Below are positions 29,947-43,490 of a stretch of 64,000 bases of DNA, piece after piece; positions within the stretch are counted from its first letter, which is position 1, and each line of letters starts with the position of its first letter. The stretch is from Bugula neritina (Eukaryota > Animalia > Bryozoa). Under the pieces are notes generated by a model that searched no databases, was not told the origin of the DNA, and worked only from the letters and a program-made list of their open reading frames with translations. The stretch covers positions 9,980,818-10,044,817 of the forward strand of contig OZ037772.1 of assembly GCA_964035545.1 (NCBI GenBank). Direction: 5' to 3'. Both the position numbers and the translations under genes were made by a program.

Positions 29947-32503
29947 CACAGTTGGTTTAAGGTCATACTTTTCATTTTCTGGCTCTTTGCCAGGTGCTTT
30001 ATGTTCTATATGAACAATGTTCCACTGATAGCTCGAACAGGTTGAATGTCACAGGAACAAAAAAAATATAAAAAGATAAAGAAACTTATGTTCTCCAATA
30101 TACTTTTTTATTTTTTTCAAAAGCCAATTCATGTTTAAGTTATAGCTTGTTGAAAAACATAGTCCCCCTTCCACATTCTTTTCAATTTATACGCTCCTGA
30201 CTTGTTATTGCGTCTCAATATGCCTTGTATTTGAGTGCTTGTTAGTCTCGCTTCACTAACTTTGCCTATACTTCACAAGTGCCAGTGCTGCTGGCTCAAA
30301 AGCTAAATGTTATAAACTGTCAGCTAAAACCCAATCTTGTATTCCTAGGTTGGTTGGCCTAAATAAAACAATAGTCAAATCATGATTTCATGTTTTAAAA
30401 ATTTACTCTATTTCTAACCTGCTGCCTAGCTAGTTCTATTTTTGATGTATAATTACAAAATTTGTGATACATTTTTTTGGCAACCATGTAATTTATAAAA
30501 TGCAGTAATGGTACTTATAATATTATATTATTATCATTATAATATATTATATAGTATTATGTGTGTTTTTATTATCCTGCATAATATCTAATTTATTATT
30601 TTTGTTGTGCAAACAAGTGCAATTAACCTAGTTTTCAAAATGTACCTCTAAATTATCAGAATATCAGTTTAGATATTTTCATGCTTTGTAAGGTAAACCT
30701 AAAAAAAGAGGCTGTATTCCCAAAGTAAAGGGTGTTGAACTATGAACTATATTAGATTAGCCACTCTGCTACCAAGTGCATCAGTATAATTTTATATGAA
30801 TAGCTCTGATGCTTTGTCTCCGGTGGCTGGCTGCGATATGATAACTTGGCCAACTTCCAAGAGTTTAAAATTGCCGCAATTATTCAAGAGGTTACATACT
30901 GCACAGAGCTAGCAGTGATAGTAACCTTGCTATTGGCAGTACTTATTACAACTGCCAGCATATAAGCTGCATTGTAGAATGCCGTTGGGGCAGGCTAGTA
31001 AAACCAAATTCTGCTCTCTAATATACCTTAGACAAAATGCAGCAACATAATTTTTAGTTTCAAATTACATTTGCCACCCTTACATGAGCTGTGGGCTTCA
31101 TAAAGATTCATATGATTAGAGATTTATGCTATAGGCCCTATCTGTGCTAGTGTATGATGAAAATAACACACCATTGTCAAAGTTAACTTCAAGTATGTTG
31201 TTTTCCAGAAACTCAGTAATGTCCATTTATCTCTCGCATACAAATACTTATGTAATACCATACAGTTTAAGTTTTATTTTAGAGCACATCTGCAAACTCT
31301 ACAATAAGAGCTTGCTTTACCAGTCTATTTCAGACCTGTTTTTGTAGCTAGTAATACGCAAGCTACTTATTTTTAAACTTTTGGGTTATTTGTTCAAAAC
31401 CATTAGCTTTGCTAGTAACCCGAGACTATTGCAACAGTTGACTGCTATCAACATGAATTGACAGCCTAATAATTATAACCCTTTTGCGCGCGAAATATTT
31501 ATGTAATGATAGTTACTCATATAGTGCGCGTCTTATAAACGATGAATGCGTGGTCTAGAGGTTAGAGGCGTCAGCGAGGAATTCTGTTTTGTCGCAATTT
31601 TTTTTGTCAACTTATGCAAATCCTACGCATGTATAATAAATATGGCTATAATTGTAAAGTTTTTTTTAACTTTTGTTCAACAGTAAGACAACATACATGC
31701 ATAATAATTAGATACTGAACACTGGACTAAACCTTAAATTGATCTTATAGAATACAATGTACTTAAAATAATCATATGTGAATTAGAGAAACTGAAAGTA
31801 CACCTGCTGCTCTATAGACAGACCTTTACTGACAAGACTGCAAAGTGAAGTGATTTAGCTGAAATTAACTCTGCCAAACAAACAAAGAATTATGTTGTGC
31901 TGAGGCATTTTCAATATATTATTGTAACATAGTGAGATGATTCAGCTAAGTGCTAATGTAAAACAGGGAACATTATATTGGCAGAAATCCAATAGATTGC
32001 CAATTTGTGCGAGAGGGTACTATATGTTATTGTGATAGCGCAGAGCGGCAAACGTACTAGGAATGTTATAATTAGTCACAGGAGCGTAGCTAGAACCACC
32101 ATATGAAGAATTTAGATAATTGCAGTGAAACTTGCAAAATGGTGTATGTTTTTACCAAATTGTGAAGAGCATAAACAGAATTTTAAAAAACAAAGAAAGT
32201 ATATTAGAGAAAACATATCAAGGAATGTCAAGTTTAACTTTTATACTTTATAAAATGAATCCCCTGTGCTACAGCAGTGGAACATGGAGGGTGTAAAATT
32301 TTACTTATTATGCAGCAACTTTCTCAAAAAAATTTTTATTGAAAAATTAAAAAAGTATATGAAAGAAGAATGCAAGAGCTATCTTTTCATGTAAAATTTG
32401 TTAATGTGAGACAAAAACTGTTCGAGCTATCCCCTGGAAACCGTTTATATATAACATAAAGCAGTGCCTGAATCTGGAAAGTAATGACCTTAAACCAACT
32501 GTG
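29947..32503 (-). mobile_element. Same element, copy B, inverted relative to copy A
   Basis: TIR CACAGTTGGTTTAAGGTCAT...ATGACCTTAAACCAACTGTG; TSD GG/GG; near-identical reverse complement of copy A without the nested MITE. Confidence 0.88.
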
Positions 32504-33949
32504 GGAGTGCTGGAGCAACGATGGTGGAGATGTTGACTAAGAAAGCTTTATGGCCAACCCTGGAAACATTTCAGCTAATGTATAAAATTTCAAAAAATGA
32601 CCCACCACAATATGACCTTCCTCAATCTGTTAGCAGTGAAGCAAGAGAACTATTGGATGCAGTCTTGATCTATGATCAGGGGAGAAGACCAACAGCAAAA
32701 CAGCTGCTTAATCACTGCTTAATCAGTATGGCGTTTACATATAAAGCCAAGACACAATTTCATGTTAATATAGATAGCATACAGCATTAACATCAATTAC
32801 TACATGTACATGAAATAATGAAATAAATGAAATAATACATTTATTAATATTTAATTAAGCAACTGCATGTTTACACAGCTATGACAAAAATATGTGTAAA
32901 ATTTTGCATTACTAATTGAAAGTTTTAAAACCTTGCAAACATATACATAAAAAGTTTTCCATGCAATGAATCACCAGAGTCTGTAATCAAATTTCTCTCT
33001 AGCCTTATATATAACTTTGGCTCTGAAATTCACCTGAGTCAATGTTAACTCCACTAAATGCATAGGTCTTTTCCTTCATCACTCCAACTTTGAAAGAGCA
33101 TAATTGGATGGACTAGAAAACCTACTTGTTTATAAGTGTATATTTCAACAACCTTTTGAGTTTCAGATTGATTTTCTGCTAAATGAATTTTATAAGCGTG
33201 TACTCCATTGTTTAATTCATGCATCCAAGTTCGTGTTTGAAACTTCATAACCATGAGGCTTCTTTTACAGAACCACTACCACCCAAGTCCGTAGAGGTGA
33301 TAAACTCTGTTGAAGTTTCTCCAAATTGCCACTCTGTGTACGCGTATAAAGGTGTCACATATGCTGGGTGTGATGAAGGTGTAGACAAAATAGATGAGAA
33401 CAACAAAGTTACTAAATCATTCATATCTATTAAAGGTAAAGAGGTGGTGAGTATCTCAGTACATAATGATAGGATATATACTCTGACTACTGATTCAACT
33501 GTGAGAGTTCATGACCTTGAAGGGAAGTTCGTCACCCGCTGGACTCATACAGAGAAACTTAACTGGACATGCCAGTTTGCCATCATAAACAATCAGATAG
33601 CTATTCCGGACAGGCTGAATAAGACTCTAGTCTTCTACTCTCTGACTGGGGAGGTAGTAAACACTTTACCCTGCGCTCTAATTACGGTTGCTGCTGTATG
33701 CCTGTCTGCTGCAGATAACAACTCAATTATTATATCTCAGCCCGACTCATCCCTAGTATACAGAGTAGACAACTCATCAGGTGACATCCTATGGCAGTGT
33801 AAAGATGTGGCCCAACCTCATGGAGTGACCTGCTATAAAGATGAGTTTGTACTTGTCGCTGATGATACTGAACCTACCACACTCTGCGCACTATCATTGC
33901 ATACAGGTTGTGGATAAATGTTACAACAATACACATATCACAAGTCAAT

Positions 33950-34020
33950 ATATGTGTGTACGTGTGTACATGTGTGCGTGTGTAGGTGTGTAGGTGTGTG
34001 TGTGTGTGTGTGTGTGTGCG

Positions 34021-34059
<39 letters not shown>

Positions 34060-34134
34060 AGGTATATGTATATAGGTGTATATATATATATATTCACATG
34101 TATATCTATGTATATGAACACAGATTGATACATA

Positions 34135-34166
<32 letters not shown>

Positions 34167-34170
34167 GATA
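33950..34170. repeat. (GT)n/(TA)n compound microsatellite
   Basis: Direct inspection. Confidence 0.9.
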
Positions 34171-36511
34171 TGTTATCTGCATGCATACAGACATAAATTA
34201 TCATAATGCATGCCTAAGTCCTATGCTTTTATAATCTGTAAATTTATAAGTAGCTTTTTTTAGATTATATTTTACAAATAACTTTATATTTTCCCAGTAT
34301 TTATGTGTACAGCAGTATACTATAATTTAGTCATTACATAAAATAATACTTATATGTGCCAAGCATTATATTTTAGGAGAATTACTATCCAGAATATCTG
34401 TTGGAATAATCGACACAATACTTGATTTGCATATTGCTGGCTCCACTCTGGTATTACCAAAATACCTTGCTAAAACGGTTGAGTTCCATCAGCTGAAATG
34501 AACGTTAGGGAAAATGTAAACACGAGGGCACCGAGGAGAAAACTATGAAAAATGTAAAACGAATATTTATATATAAGTTCGTGACATAATAGTTATTGTT
34601 TGCTAAAAGTAGTCTCATGTAGTATTTATATGACTAATAACATAGTTACCTATTGTTTACTTGAATAAAATTATTATTTATTATTTTAGCCATTAACAAA
34701 CTAGCTTGACATTACATGTTATTTACTCTTCACTGTGGAAAGAAGTTCTTAACACATAATCTATTTATTCATTTTGAAAATAGATTCAACACTAGATAGA
34801 TAGATAGATCGAATTAATATGGTTTAATTTTTTATAGGGCTGGAAATATTATTTTGAAAAAACTGAGCAAATTAAAAACATTTCAACAACAGATGGGTTT
34901 TTTAAAACACTTTAAACTAAATCAATAATGCCTGCGTGCTGTTTTACTCTTATATCTTTTTAATAGACAATTACATAATAATATGGTAATGTGTTTTTTG
35001 TTCTACTATGATATTTTGTATTTTGTTATAATTTATTGGGTTGTATTATATTTTTTATCTGATATTACACGATTTCGTAGGCACAAATCAACTGATCCTT
35101 TTTAACCTAACTGGTACAACTTACAATTGGTTTTTTTTACTGACTAGATTTGTAAGTTTAGTTTAAGTTACAATCACTTCAACCTCTATTCTAAACTTTT
35201 TATTTTTTAAGATAACGCACATTTGTAAAGCAGCATTCATTGTATAACTAAACACACCTGGGTTTCACTTAATCTTAAATTTTTAATTCCTTAACACCTT
35301 ATCATCAGTTTAATATTTGAAAGATTTGCATGTAGAGGCATTTAAATTCTTTTTCAAGATAATATAAACATTTTATAATCTTTTTAAGGGTGTGTATGGC
35401 TTGTGAGATATTGCTATATATAGACAACACGCTTATAACTTTCCAACGAGTAGCGGCTATAGTAACTTTTGTTATAATTGTCAAAAAAGCACCCAAATAT
35501 TTTATGCATGCACCAGCTACATAGAAAAACTGCAGGAACATCTATCAATACACTTATTTTATTGTTAACTAATTATTAGGTCTATTGTTTTCATAGAACA
35601 GGTTTAAAGCTTTTTTCTCATAATTTGTGAATGATTGCTAGTAGAAGTTAGCTCCTCTTTTTAACCGTGGCTTCCAAACTCAATTTAAAGGAGCAGATGC
35701 AAGTTGGAGGAGGCCAAGTTGGAACATTCGTTCTAGACTAGAAACACAATACAAAACCTGCTTCAATGAAATTTTAATTAAAAATTAAAAATTTAAGAAC
35801 TTGAGCTATTAAAATTTGTCCACTTAGCATACAAGCTTTTCCTAATTCATCTCTTACTGCAGCTGCCTTGTGTTTTCGATAGAATATCATTCGTTAAGAA
35901 GAATATATGAATTTAACTATTGGCACAAAATGCAAGTTTAACTCGCACAAAAAGAAAAGCTACAAGCAGTGCAAAACCATTTCATTACAATATTGAGTAT
36001 AGCCTTCATGAAATAAACAAGCATGCTTGAGTACAACACCATTGTTAAATATGAGAACTAATTTTTATTAAATGATACAGAAAAATGAAAATGTATTGGT
36101 TCAATTATTTATTTCAATTAAATATTTAATAACAGTATAATATGCCAATGGTCAATTCTTTCTCAGAAATAAAGATATACAAATTAAAAATTTCAGTTAA
36201 CCGGGCATTCAAAAGCAAAACGTGTGAACAACTACATACATATGGCATAACAGATACGGAAAAAAAATTTGACATAGTAAATGACTATAACAATTGGATA
36301 ACAACTGGTTTTGTGACCATTTTTCTCTAAATGACCTTGAGATAAGGTTAGTCTGTGTGACTATTTTAATCCATAAGCTAAGTCTTTCTGTAACGCAACC
36401 AGTTTCTCAGTCCCAGCTCCCCATTTACTAAACAGTCTATTCAGCTAGAAAGCAAACACACATGAGTCTAGCATGCACATTGTCTCTGCGTCTGATTGGC
36501 TGACCTATATA

Positions 36512-39500
36512 TCATCCCCCAGGAGTCATGTGATCAGGTATCTGAGGGTGGTATAGTCTAGATGACAATCTTTCCAAGGTGAGAGTGTAGATGGTGTACG
36601 ACCCAAACACATCCGGGTTACTCTGCAGTCAAGAAAGAGTGAGGAAATTAGTACACAGTGATGTTCTGTTTAAAGAAGGCTGAGATGATCCATTGAACCA
36701 TGTCTATTTTACCATCAAAACAAAACAAAACTCTCTTCCTCACAGAAACAGGATAATATGTTTGAATGCTCATTACAAGCACCAAGATCACCTGCTAATA
36801 GTGTCACATGTCCATAGTGTCGCCTGTCAATAGTGTCGAATAGTGTCGCGTGTCAATAGTGTCACATGTCAATAGTGACACATGTCAATAGCCTCACATG
36901 TCAATAGTGTCACATGTCAATAGTGTCACATGTCAATAGTGTCACATGTCACTAGTGTCACATGTCAATAGTGTCACATGTCAATAGCCTCACATGTCAA
37001 TAGTGTCACATGTCACTAGTGTCACATGCTAATAGTGTCACATGTCGATAGTGTCACATGTCAATAGTGTCACATGTCAATAGTGTCACATGCCAATAGT
37101 GACAGACATAAACAGCATGAGAAAGGAGAAATATCGATATTATGCAGATCATTTGAGTTGTTAAACTTTAGAAAAATTGACGCTTCAGTATTATGTTATG
37201 CCAGTGCCATGCAGGTGCTTCCTGGTGGTTACTGAGTCTAGCATCACACAGAGTGCCACATTTGATTCAATTGGAAAATTTCAGGTTTAGCCTGCGGCTT
37301 TAAGCAACAGCTGGGAGAGAAACCTCACCTAGAGTTGCCTAAGCTCAAACAAACAAACTACTACCAGGTGTGGAGTGGAGAGGGGTTATACAGATATTAC
37401 ATACATACCATGAGAGAGGTGAACATGTCCCTCGCTGTGATTGGCTCTTCTCTCTGCATCAGCGTACCAGATCTAGCCAATGACTGCACAGCTGTAGCCT
37501 CCTCTTTCTGAGCCAGAATTAGTGAGTTGGGGGCATCTCTACAGACAGACTGAGATAGTGAGGAATCATGACTATAGCTTACTGGAGAAATATGCCCAGT
37601 TTTAAAGCTGAACTTTTCACGAATGTCATGTTTAGATGGCATGGAAGAATAAGAGTTGAAATGTACACATAATTATTCAGTTGGTAATGAAGTTTACAAT
37701 ATTAACATGACAAATTATAGAATAAAGTAAGCCTGTCAGTATTTTATTAAAACTAACTTCCTCGTAACAGTCAATGCTTAGGCTTATTTCATGCATTCAA
37801 CCAGTTTGGTGACCAATGAGGCTGAAAGTCAAACTCATGATTATAAAGGGGGGAGGGGGTTATATTAATGAATATAAGTTTAGAATTCTCAGTGAAATTT
37901 ATTTTCAAGTACCGCAGGTATGATTGGTTGGACTTCCAAATAGGTAGCAGCTAGGAGCATTTAAATCCCTTCTCGGTCTACATTAGTGGGCTGCAGGTTA
38001 GAACTAGCTGTACACTATACTTTATTATACGATATATGTCATATACTATTTTACACTGTAATTTATAATATATGATTTACCATGTTCTATACTATATAGT
38101 ATATGCTATAGCAAACAATGTACTATATAATAAGAAGTGCAATATACTCTACTCTACATAATGCTATGCTTTTTCATACTGTTTACTATATACTTTACCA
38201 TATATTATACTGCATACTTTACTATGGAATATATTATACTACTATATGCTATATAAGTTACTACATATGCCACTATATACTAACCTATATAAATTATTGC
38301 ATACAATACTATATACTATACTATAAAATATATACACTTCTGTGTGCTATACTTTAGAGTTTAGAATATAAACCAAGTTTCTATTACTGGGGCGCCAACC
38401 CCCCCCCCCCACATAGCAGGAGCTAAGACAACTCACGCTGCCAACTGAGAGGCATATGCTGTCTCAAGGTAACACATCGGGGCATCTACACCAACGTACT
38501 GTTTGACTCTCTCAGTCTGCGAGATTCTGTATCCACGGCGACAGGAAATCACATGACTAACCAGGTTCTTCAACAGTTCCTGCATTCAACAGTATTGGTT
38601 ATTACACAAAGAAACTTGCATATACACAACAGTGTGAGCTGTTTAAACGTAACTGTAGTTACAGCTACAAGCATTAAAAGATTCACACAAGTTTATAGTT
38701 ACTATTCCTGTGAGAAACCTCTAATAGAAGGGTTTTTGTTAAATCAGGCTAAGGACTTATTCATATGTAGCACAGGAGCAATTATGACTGGGTGCTCTTC
38801 CTAACATCACCAATGGCCTTCGTCAGGCTCGAACCCATGACCTTGTGTTTACTAGGCAAACGCTCTAACCCCTAGACCACGGCTGCTCCCTACAGCTACA
38901 AGTAACAGCAAGTATACAACTGGTAGAAAATCAGTCAACCATCACCGAATTTCCATCGTATTTACTTGAATGCATTTTCATTTCCTTGATGGAAACAGTT
39001 ATATCGAAGGAAACCAGAACCATAAGTTAATGAGTAGTCATGGGAACGCAGAGAAAATCACATGTGAGAGTTGTCTTGCCTGTAACCAATAGATAAGCAA
39101 GTAAAATATTTATAACAATATTTAGTATTACTGAATATACTGACACCAGCTACTGTGTAAAAGTGGAGAAACTTCCTATGCAGTCACGTTTAGCCTCTAT
39201 TCCGATCACAAGTAGCAGCCAATGAGATTAGGGTGTTGTATGTTACAGTAATTACCTCTGTAGCCAATGAGATGAGGCGATAGATATCGCTTTGTACATT
39301 ATCTAAACCGGTTTCCCAGGCTGCCACGTAGAGCCTCCCTTCTACCATGCCAGGATCAGGTAGGAAACTTAGGCTAGAGCTGGAAAATGCTACAACACAA
39401 CGTCAGGAGGTATAAAACATAGAGTATAGAGTATAGAGTATAGAGTAGAGAGTATAGAGTAGAGACTGTAGAGTATAGAGTAGAGAGTATAGAGTATAGA

Positions 39501-42500
39501 GTAGAGAGTATAGAGTAGAGAGTATAGAGTATAGAGTATAGAGTATAGAGTATAGAGTATAGAGTATAGAGTATAGAGTATAGAGTAGAGAGCATAGAGT
39601 AGAGAGTGTAGAGTATAGAGTAGAGCACAGCACAGTGAATGAGCTATTTTTTAAGGTTCAAAAAATAAAATGCAACACCTTACAGAAAATAATGGTTTCT
39701 TTGCTGCAAGATACGCAGCCACTTGAAACAGCTTGTGGGTTCATAACTAATCTATGGGGTTATTTAGCAAAGAAATGATTCAATTCACTGTTTATAATGC
39801 TTAATTAAAATAGCAAAACTATAATCAATGCATATTAGGCATGATGAGAATAGGGAGCAACCGTGGTCAAAGGTTAGAGCGCTTGCCTAGTAAACATGAG
39901 GTCAATGGTGATCATAAGAAGAGCATCCAGTCATAATTGCTCCTGTACCACATATGAATAAGTACATAGCCGCTTAAACAAAAACTTTTCCATCAGGGGT
40001 TTCTCACAGGGATGGTGACTATAAACTTGTGTGAGCTTTTCTATAACTTACATGCTGTGACGGTTAGAATTATGTTAAAACTGCAAGAATATTGTTATGA
40101 GTAGACAATGATTTAATTTAATAACAGCCAGGTTGTCAAAGTTGACTTCCTTTTCTGTGAAGTTTTAATAGTTATTTGGTGAAAACAATTCTAAAGTATA
40201 CTCACTGATTTTGCTACTAGATGGAGGAGTGAGTAACCTTTGAACTTGTCTAAGCTGATTGGCTGGCTGGAATCTTTGCTACAACCAATGGAAATATAAG
40301 TAATATATATAAATGTATACATTATACATTCTACATGTTGAGACACATGATATAAATTTATACAGTATAAGTCTCTCACGATATGACACTATGTACACTA
40401 TACAGTATATATCCTTTATGATATGATATGTACACTATGCAGTATATACCTCATGATATGATATGTACACTATGCAGTATATATCCTCTATGATATGATA
40501 TGTACACTATGCAGTATATATCCTTTATGATATGATATATGTGTATAGAGTATAATGTACATACCGCATGGTATGATATATGTGTATAGAGTATAATGTA
40601 CATACCGCATGGTATGATATATGTGTATAGAGTATATATTACTCACAGTAAAATTAGTTTTAGCTGCAGCCTTGAGTTTCAAAGACTTCTGCTTGAGAAC
40701 TGTTGGGGGCGGAGACTTGATGTCCAACTTAGCAGGAAGTCCCGAGTTCAAATCTCTCGAACCTGTTTAAATAAAACATCTCGCTGTAACCTTAGAGAAC
40801 GGAACTTGTATATAGGAAAACTACTGACATCAGCTTAGTATCTGTCTCAGAGAGATGACGACTACTAATTATCAACATAATACAGTGAGAGTTTATATTA
40901 TATAGCAATACATGGTGAGATAAGGCCACGAAGTTAGACAAGTGGGACTATAGTAAACGAGAATATTCTGGCAAGTTCAGAACTCACCTAAAGTTGTGCT
41001 TATGGACTGGCAGCGATTGAGCATAGCCAATAGGAACTCGTTGTGAACTCGAACTACAAGATACAGTATTATAAACTCGCAATGAACTACAAGATACAGT
41101 ATTATAAACTCGCAATGAACTACAAGATACAGTATTATAAACTCGCAATGAACTACAAGATACAGTAGTATAAACTCGCAATGAGCTACAAGATACAGTA
41201 TTATAAACTCGCAATGAACTACAAGATACAGTATTATAAACTCGCAATGAACTACAAGATACAGTATTATAAACTCGCAATGAGCTACAAGATACAGTAT
41301 TATAAACTCGCAATGAGCTACAAGATACAGTAGTATAAACTCGCAATGAGCTACAAGATACAGTATTATAAACTCGCAATGAACTACAAGATACAGTATT
41401 ATAAACTCGCAATGAACTACAAGATACAGTATTATAAACTCGCAATGAACTACAAGATACAGTATTATAAACTCGCAATGAACTACAAGATACAGTATTA
41501 TAAACTCGCAATGAGCTACAAGATACAGTATTATAAACTCGTAATGAGCTACAAAGAGTTAGTAAAGTATATTAAAAACTCGAAATTAAGTACAATATTA
41601 ATACTTTCGTAGGGGACTTTGAAAATTGGTAAAAGACAAAAAACTAAGCAGGATTTATGTTTTCATTGTATACTATGATAGGTTGCTGGCTAAATAATCT
41701 GACCAATCAGATGGCATATTGGTTATTAGTTTGGTAATAATTAACCAATCAAATAACTACCTGTGTTATCAGTAAACAGCAACCTTGCATCACTGTCAAA
41801 CTCTTCTTTGCTTATCTAAAACAAGTATATGTAAGCTTATATCCTGAACTTATAGTTACAATACCTGCGAGAACTCCGGATAAAACGGATTTCTTAAAAT
41901 GGGTCAAGGACTTTTTACTATTGTGACAAAAGAGCTATTATGACTGACTGCTGTTCCTAACATCATCAATGGCCTTCACTGGAGATCGAACCACTGGCCC
42001 TGTGCTTACTAAGCTGTAACTACTAGACCACAGCTGGTTTTTAAAAATAAAACTTCTGGGATAAAATAAAACTTCGGGGAACTTCTGCGACCCAATTTAG
42101 CATACAATAAGCCACCAGAACTGTATACTACACAGAGAAAACTTAGAAACTAATCATGTGATGAGAAGCAAGACAACTCCCACTGTAGTTGATACAACAT
42201 TAGTCTCAAAACGTGAAGTGGTGGTAAGTGCCTACCTTGCCACGAAACCAGCTTCCCATCAAGGCCAGATATCTACAAGAGAACAGCTTGTGTAAAACAG
42301 GAAAGTAGACGATAGCTAAACATTCATCAGTCTTGTTACCTAGCAATTCAATGCTATGAAGTTCTAATTAGCAACATGATTCTGTAAACGGCTACCTAGC
42401 AACATACTGCTGGTAATTGTTGCTAAGTAACACAATACTGTTACTTAGCAACCTGATGCTGTCACTAAGCAAGATGACACTGGGTTTGGTTACCTAACAA

Positions 42501-42671
42501 TATTATGCTGCATACTCATACTTAGCAACAAATACAGCAACTTTATGATTTGTGGTAGTAAGTACTGAGCCCCAGAGAATAGTATATTTTACAACCAAAC
42601 CTTTTCATTTTGTCTTTTAGTACATTTTGGACTCTTCTTCTACAGACGTTGAGATTAGCGTTCAAGCTCAT
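36512..42671 (-). CDS. TADA1: Transcriptional adapter 1 (SAGA complex subunit), about 311 aa, 10 coding exons
   Basis: Exons (-): 42671-42601, 42272-42236, 41815-41761, 41053-40988, 40762-40647, 40278-40206, 39389-39256, 38579-38437, 37538-37409, 36622-36512. The translation contains WFRGKISKEEFDSDARLL, HNEFLLAMLNRCQ, QRFQP, EGRLYVAAWETGLDNV and YTLTLERLSSRLYHP, matching recalled TADA1 motifs (WFKQKISKEEFD, HNDFLLAILTRCQ, LEGRMIVTAYEHGLDNV, ERIITKLWHP). Confidence 0.9.
36795..37102. repeat. 16-bp minisatellite in the last TADA1 intron
   Basis: Unit TCAATAGTGTCACATG. Confidence 0.9.
38683..38890 (-). mobile_element. tRNA-derived SINE
   Basis: A-box TGGTCTAGGGG, B-box GGTTCGAGCC, body GGTGATGTTAGGAAGAGCA.CCAGTCATAATTGCTCCTGTG; multiple dispersed copies in the window. 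Confidence 0.85.
39420..39625. repeat. (AGAGTAT)n heptamer repeat
   Basis: Direct inspection. Confidence 0.9.
39853..40034 (+). mobile_element. tRNA-derived SINE (B-box deleted)
   Basis: Similarity to the family consensus. Confidence 0.8.
40380..40636. repeat. Compound AT-rich minisatellite
   Basis: Units ATGATATGATATGTACACTATGCAGTATAT.. and GTATGATATATGTGTATAGAGTATAATGTACATACCGCATG. Confidence 0.8.
41052..41553. repeat. 33-bp minisatellite (about 15 units) overlapping a TADA1 splice acceptor
   Basis: Unit AACTACAAGATACAGTATTATAAACTCGCAATG. Confidence 0.95.
41895..42032 (-). mobile_element. Degenerate SINE copy
   Basis: TTCCTAACATCATCAATGGCCTT..TCGAACC..CTAGACCAC. Confidence 0.55.
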
Positions 42672-43249
42672 CACGCAGTAATCTGTGTTACATTCAAGAA
42701 ATCAATAGATTATTGGCATAATGTATTTTACAACAAATTATTGACAATAAAAAATGATACATGTACTTTACAATGATTCAAAGATGTAATGCATTGTAAA
42801 ACAAAACATTAGTACAATATAATGCAAAAGAACTTTAAAATAATTCTTTTAATATTAACGACTAAAAAGTATAGTAAGCAATAATATCAAATATATTAAA
42901 CAGAAAATTAAATGGTACACTAATCATTTTACAAACTATTAGGTAAAATAAATATTAAAGAAAATTTCCATTGTAGCAATATAAATTTGTGTGCACGTAG
43001 ATTTTACATTAGGTTACAAGTAACAGATTAAGACAAGTTGTTTTATTGGTAGTCATGGTATCATCAGTAATTGTAAATTAAATGGTATAAATTTGTCTGC
43101 TTTTAAACCTAGCTCAGCAGAAGACCATGATAGAAAATAAAATCACTTACACTTAAGATTGTCAAATATCAGTTTTTGTGCGTCACTACTTTGAGCTTGA
43201 CTAACTTGCTTACAACTACTACCAGTATTACAGTGCAGGTACAAGACTA

Positions 43250-43490
43250 CAAATACTACTACTACTGCTACTGCTACTGCAACTGCAACTGCTACTGCTA
43301 CTACTACGTCTACTACTACTACTACGTCTACGACTATTAGTATTATGTCTGTACTGCTACCACCACCACTTCCAGTACCACCACAACTACCACGTCCACT
43401 ACTAGTACTACCACTAGTACTACTACTATTAGTAGTACGACTACTACTAGTAGTAGTCGTACTACTACTAGTAGTACTACAGTACAACTA
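43250..43490. repeat. Degenerate (CTA)n trinucleotide repeat
   Basis: Direct inspection. Confidence 0.85.

Larger units (their letters stand above)
22753..34501 (+). pseudogene. Kinase-propeller paralog, copy 2, interrupted by a transposon at an exon boundary (probable disrupted allele or pseudogene)
   Basis: Kinase exons: 24010-24134 (DRKLLGIGSFGSVY..LAVKT), 24308-24413, 28708-28878 (HRDVKG), 29403-29592 (DFG..WMAPE..DIW), 29946 plus 32506-32725 (SAGATMVEML). Propeller exon 33271-33906; last exon 34377-34501(TGA). Intron phases match copy 1. N-terminal exons (about 22753-23750) are uncertain. Confidence 0.75.

Noticed and set aside
37912-37977. Extra TADA1 exon (PRRDLNAPSCYLFGSPTNHTC)
   Set aside because: It is phase-compatible only with an alternative downstream acceptor, has weak splice signals and shows no recognisable homology; the model is complete without it.
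41052-41553. CRISPR-like regular 33-bp array
   Set aside because: Units are head-to-tail with no unique spacers, no cas genes are present, and the context is a eukaryotic intron; this is a minisatellite.
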